Assembly (NCBI GenBank): GCA_964016885.1
Contig: OZ024749.1
Location: 42,346,001-42,410,000, forward strand
Reading direction: 5' to 3'
DNA: 64,000 nucleotides
Source: Eledone cirrhosa
Lineage: Eukaryota
Shown: one piece after another, positions 60,691 through 64,000 of the stretch
Numbering within the stretch: position 1 is the stretch's first letter
How the letters are laid out: every line of letters starts with the position of its first letter
Notes under the pieces: model-generated
Seen by the model: the letters and a program-made list of their open reading frames with translations, nothing else
The model's database searches: none
What the model was told of the DNA's origin: nothing
Position numbers and translations under genes: made by a program

Positions 60691-60739
<49 letters not shown>

Positions 60740-61556
60740 TTGAGTATGTGTTAGTCAAAATAATATTGAATATTAAAGAAGTTAATGACAAAAACTATTT
60801 ATTTCAGCTTTAGAATTATTATTTATATAAAAAAGAATAACTCTCATCTAAACAAAAAACCAAACAATCAATCCGAAACGAAAACGAAAAATATCTAAAT
60901 TCCAATTTCTATGGCTACATACTCTATCAGTGAAATGAATGCCATAGCCTGTTGGATGGTATATATTTTTTATGTTAATTACGCCTGGAAGATGTTTGAT
61001 CATAGGTCTGCATATGTAGTTAAATGTATGTGCAAGCATAAATGTCAGCAACCTATATCATCGCTACCTCATGTTAATTTATGTTGATTTATACAAGAAG
61101 ATCTCGGTAATCGGAGTTAGTGAGCCGGTTTCGATCTCCAGTTAGAGTCAATTCAAATCACTTATACCGTTTATATTTATAGAAAAAGCCTGGTCGCCAG
61201 AACGTAGATTTTACCCACTGTTATAAACACCCCAATACTTATACCTATTAAAATGTGATGTGACGTTTATGTATTTCTCATAAACATTAACGGTGTAAGC
61301 GGTTTCGCCGACTGGGGGTGCTTGGCTGTTGATTGTATTTCAAATATGTACGTGCTAAAATAGTGTAGTGACTATAATGTGTAAACATTGCTTATTCATT
61401 GTAAAATAATTTCCTTTAGAAGAATTTTCCGTTCATTAATTTTGCTGTCAATGAATATCTTTAATTTATTAGGTTGAATATATTAATCGCACTTAAAAAC
61501 AGTAACAACAAAAAGCAGCTAAATAAAGGGAAACAACTGTTTGTAATACTGATTGG

Positions 61557-61985
61557 GATCTCTCAATTCGTAGAAGTAACAGCTCTACTTTTAGTGACTC
61601 TCTGATTTCCGAGCTACACGCTCTATCAAAGAATATGATTGCGAATACAAGCGGCAGACATGGGGTTCCCCCGAATGGTCTTTGGAGTAAAGTTACTCTG
61701 TAGAGTGTATAGCTAGGAAATCAGAGAGTCACTCTAGGTAGAACCGCTACTTCTCCGAATTGAGAGATCATAGCTCCGATAATGGGCATGTGGTTAGAAT
61801 GTCTCAGGAAAGAATCGCTGGATAGATTTTACGGGCAAAATCTAACCGGCAGGAGACCCAGAGCAAGATGGTTGGATAACATCTTGGGGATCCAGCAGGA
61901 TCAGTTGAAGACGGTTGCTTCTGACAGGACCCGTTGGAAGGAGTGTTTGAGGTCTCTGCCTCCACGACCCTCAGGAATAAGCGAA
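61557..61985 (+). mobile_element. Old RTE-type LINE 3' fragment with an inverted duplicate at its 5' end
   Basis: Decayed ...EIRESL*VEPLLLRIERS*LR...GHVVRM...GRRPRARWLDNI...RWKECLRSLPPRP; 61557-61625 is an inverted copy of 61701-61769. Confidence 0.7.
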
Positions 61986-62984
61986 GAACTCTTTGAAATA
62001 CTGATTTCATCCCTTGTTTTGTGAATCTCTTACCCAAGTTTGCCCTGTTCGAGTTGACGTACATACATATATCATATACCTTATTTTTCGGCCACTGTGG
62101 TAGCTGGTAAGAATTACTATCGATAAAATAAGTACCAGTTATGTCATGAGATCCAGCGAATCTGTTTTGTGTGTCTGTGTAAAAGTGAGATTTTGATAGC
62201 TATTAGGTAAAGTCGTGTTTTAAGACCGTTAAAAATAATGAATTGTTTCCCCTGTTGAACTCAATTATTCCCTATCAGTTTTACATGTGTATTCCTCATT
62301 TCACTGTTTTATGGGTGTGCTGTAGCGACCTGACCTGTCTACTGGGTAAGGAGACCACACACTGGACTGTAAATGACCAGGTAGACCACACACTGAACTA
62401 CAAATGGACAACTCGTCTAATCCATGCTAGTGTGGAAAAATGGACATTAAACGGTTATGATGATGATAATGATGATTATATATATATCGGGTTATTGGTT
62501 ATCACGGAGACACTGGCTATTTATGAAGGTACCTGGAAAAATCCTGTATCTTGGGAACCCGTGCTCGATGTACACGAAACTTATTTATTCCATTTGTATT
62601 CCCATTTCAAGGGCAACTTCGTTTCAAAGTATTTTCCCATTATGCGCCGTTTTGGCTGTATTAAATTACAGACAAGCACACAATCACAGAGTTTTAGTAG
62701 TATATAGATAGATAGATAGATAGATAGATAGATGCATTCAAAATAAACAAACACCACACTACCACCTCCATCACCCACTACACTACTACCACCATCACCA
62801 CCACACTCCCACCACCCACCACACCACATATTTTAAACTCCTGTCAAATAATTCAACAAAAGCACACCACAAAATAAAGAAAAATCTCCTCCATACCGCA
62901 GGGGTTTAAAAGGTGATGGAGATCTTTGACGTTCTTTACAGAAGAAAACATTTGTTGTTTCAAAGTAAAAAATATTATAGTGGG

Positions 62985-63880
62985 ATATATAGAGAGAAAG
63001 AGAATTTTGTGGTCTAATGAGAGAGGGGAATTGTGAGAGAGAGTGAGGTATATAGTGGGATATAGAGAGTGGGGAAAGAATTTATTGGTTTAGTGAGAGG
63101 GTATTGTGAGAGAGAGAGAGAGTGAGGTATGTAGTGGAATATAGAGAGGGGGTAGAATTTGTTGGTCTAATGAGAGAGGGGGAATTGTGAAAGAGTGAGG
63201 CATGCAGTGAAACATAGAGAGCGGGAGAGAATTTGTTGATTTAGTGAGAGAGGGAGAATTAAGGGAGTGAAAGAGAATTAGTTTTGTAGTGGAATATAGA
63301 GAGGGGGGAGATAATTTGGTTGTCTAGTGAGAGAGGGAGCATTGTAAGAGAGTGCGAGGAATGTAGTGGGAGACAGTTTATTGGCATAGTGAGAGAAAGG
63401 TATTGTGAGAGTGAAGAGAGTGAGGGATATAGTGGAATATAAAGAGGGGGAGTGAATTCGGTGGTCTAGTGAGAGAGAAGCAATTGTGAGCGAGATTGAG
63501 GTATGTAGTGGGATATAGGGAGCGGGAGAGTATTTGTTGGTTTAGTGAGAGAGAGGGAATTAAGAGAGTGAGTTATGTAGTGGAATAGAGAAAGGTGGGA
63601 GAGAATTTGGTGGTCTAGTGAGAGAGAGTGAAGTATGTAGTGGGATATAGAGAGGGGTGAGAGTTTATTAGCCTAGTGAGAGAGGTGAGAGTTTATCAGC
63701 CTAGTGAGAGAGGGGGAGTTAAGTGAGTGAAAGAGAATGAGGTTTGTAGTAGAATATAAAGAGGGGGAGAGAATTTGTTGGTCTAGTGAGAGAGTATGAG
63801 GTATTTAGTGCGTTATGGAGAGGAGGAGAGAGTTTATTGGTCTAGTGAGAGAGGGGGTATTGTGAGAGTGAGGTATATAG
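62985..63880. repeat. GA-rich ~60-75 bp degenerate minisatellite
   Basis: Unit approximately GAGAGTGAGGTATGTAGTGGGATATAGAGAGGGGGAGAGAATTTGTTGGTCTAGTGAGAGAG, about a dozen copies. Confidence 0.85.
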
Positions 63881-63891
63881 TTTTTCACCTT

Positions 63892-63964
<73 letters not shown>

Positions 63965-63968
63965 CATG

Positions 63969-64000
63969 TGGAGGCACGTGGCCTAGTTGTAAGGGTGTTG
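63969..64000 (+). mobile_element. Start of a tRNA-derived SINE, cut by the window edge
   Basis: TGGAGGCACGTGGCCTAGTTGTAAGGGTGTTG resembles the family A head. Confidence 0.6.

Noticed and set aside
62243-62707. 154 aa ORF
   Set aside because: Runs through an RTE-tailed repeat and (GAT)n; no domain or splice support

Overview
AT-rich, microsatellite-saturated eukaryotic DNA. The SINE, RTE and MITE content and the gene structures fit an octopod cephalopod (inference). Three spliced genes were reconstructed by hand: a 3-exon, ~300 aa uncharacterised multi-pass membrane protein (+, 9313-11303); a 6-exon, ~502 aa low-complexity protein with two C-terminal STI1/DP-like domains (-, 41496-18228); and a complete 16-exon CCT2/TCP-1 beta gene (-, 59567-47475, 537 aa). 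Mobile DNA includes a young 5'-truncated RTE LINE with an uninterrupted RT+PHD ORF, nested inside two piggyBac-type MITEs. A tRNA-derived SINE family shares its last 40 nt exactly with that LINE's 3' end. There is also a second SINE family, mariner/Tc1/pogo/hAT MITEs, and CR1, CRE and L1/Tx1 remnants. The strongest signal not shown by the ORF track is a set of about 14 minimal type-I hammerhead ribozyme motifs, intact or degenerate. They sit in short fold-back elements inserted into (TA)n tracts. One carries a Penelope-type GIY-YIG C-terminal remnant and several share a conserved tail hairpin, consistent with a multi-family, microsatellite-targeting, ribozyme-bearing Penelope-like retroelement system. 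All calls were read by eye; no searches or folding programs were run, and repeat boundaries are approximate.
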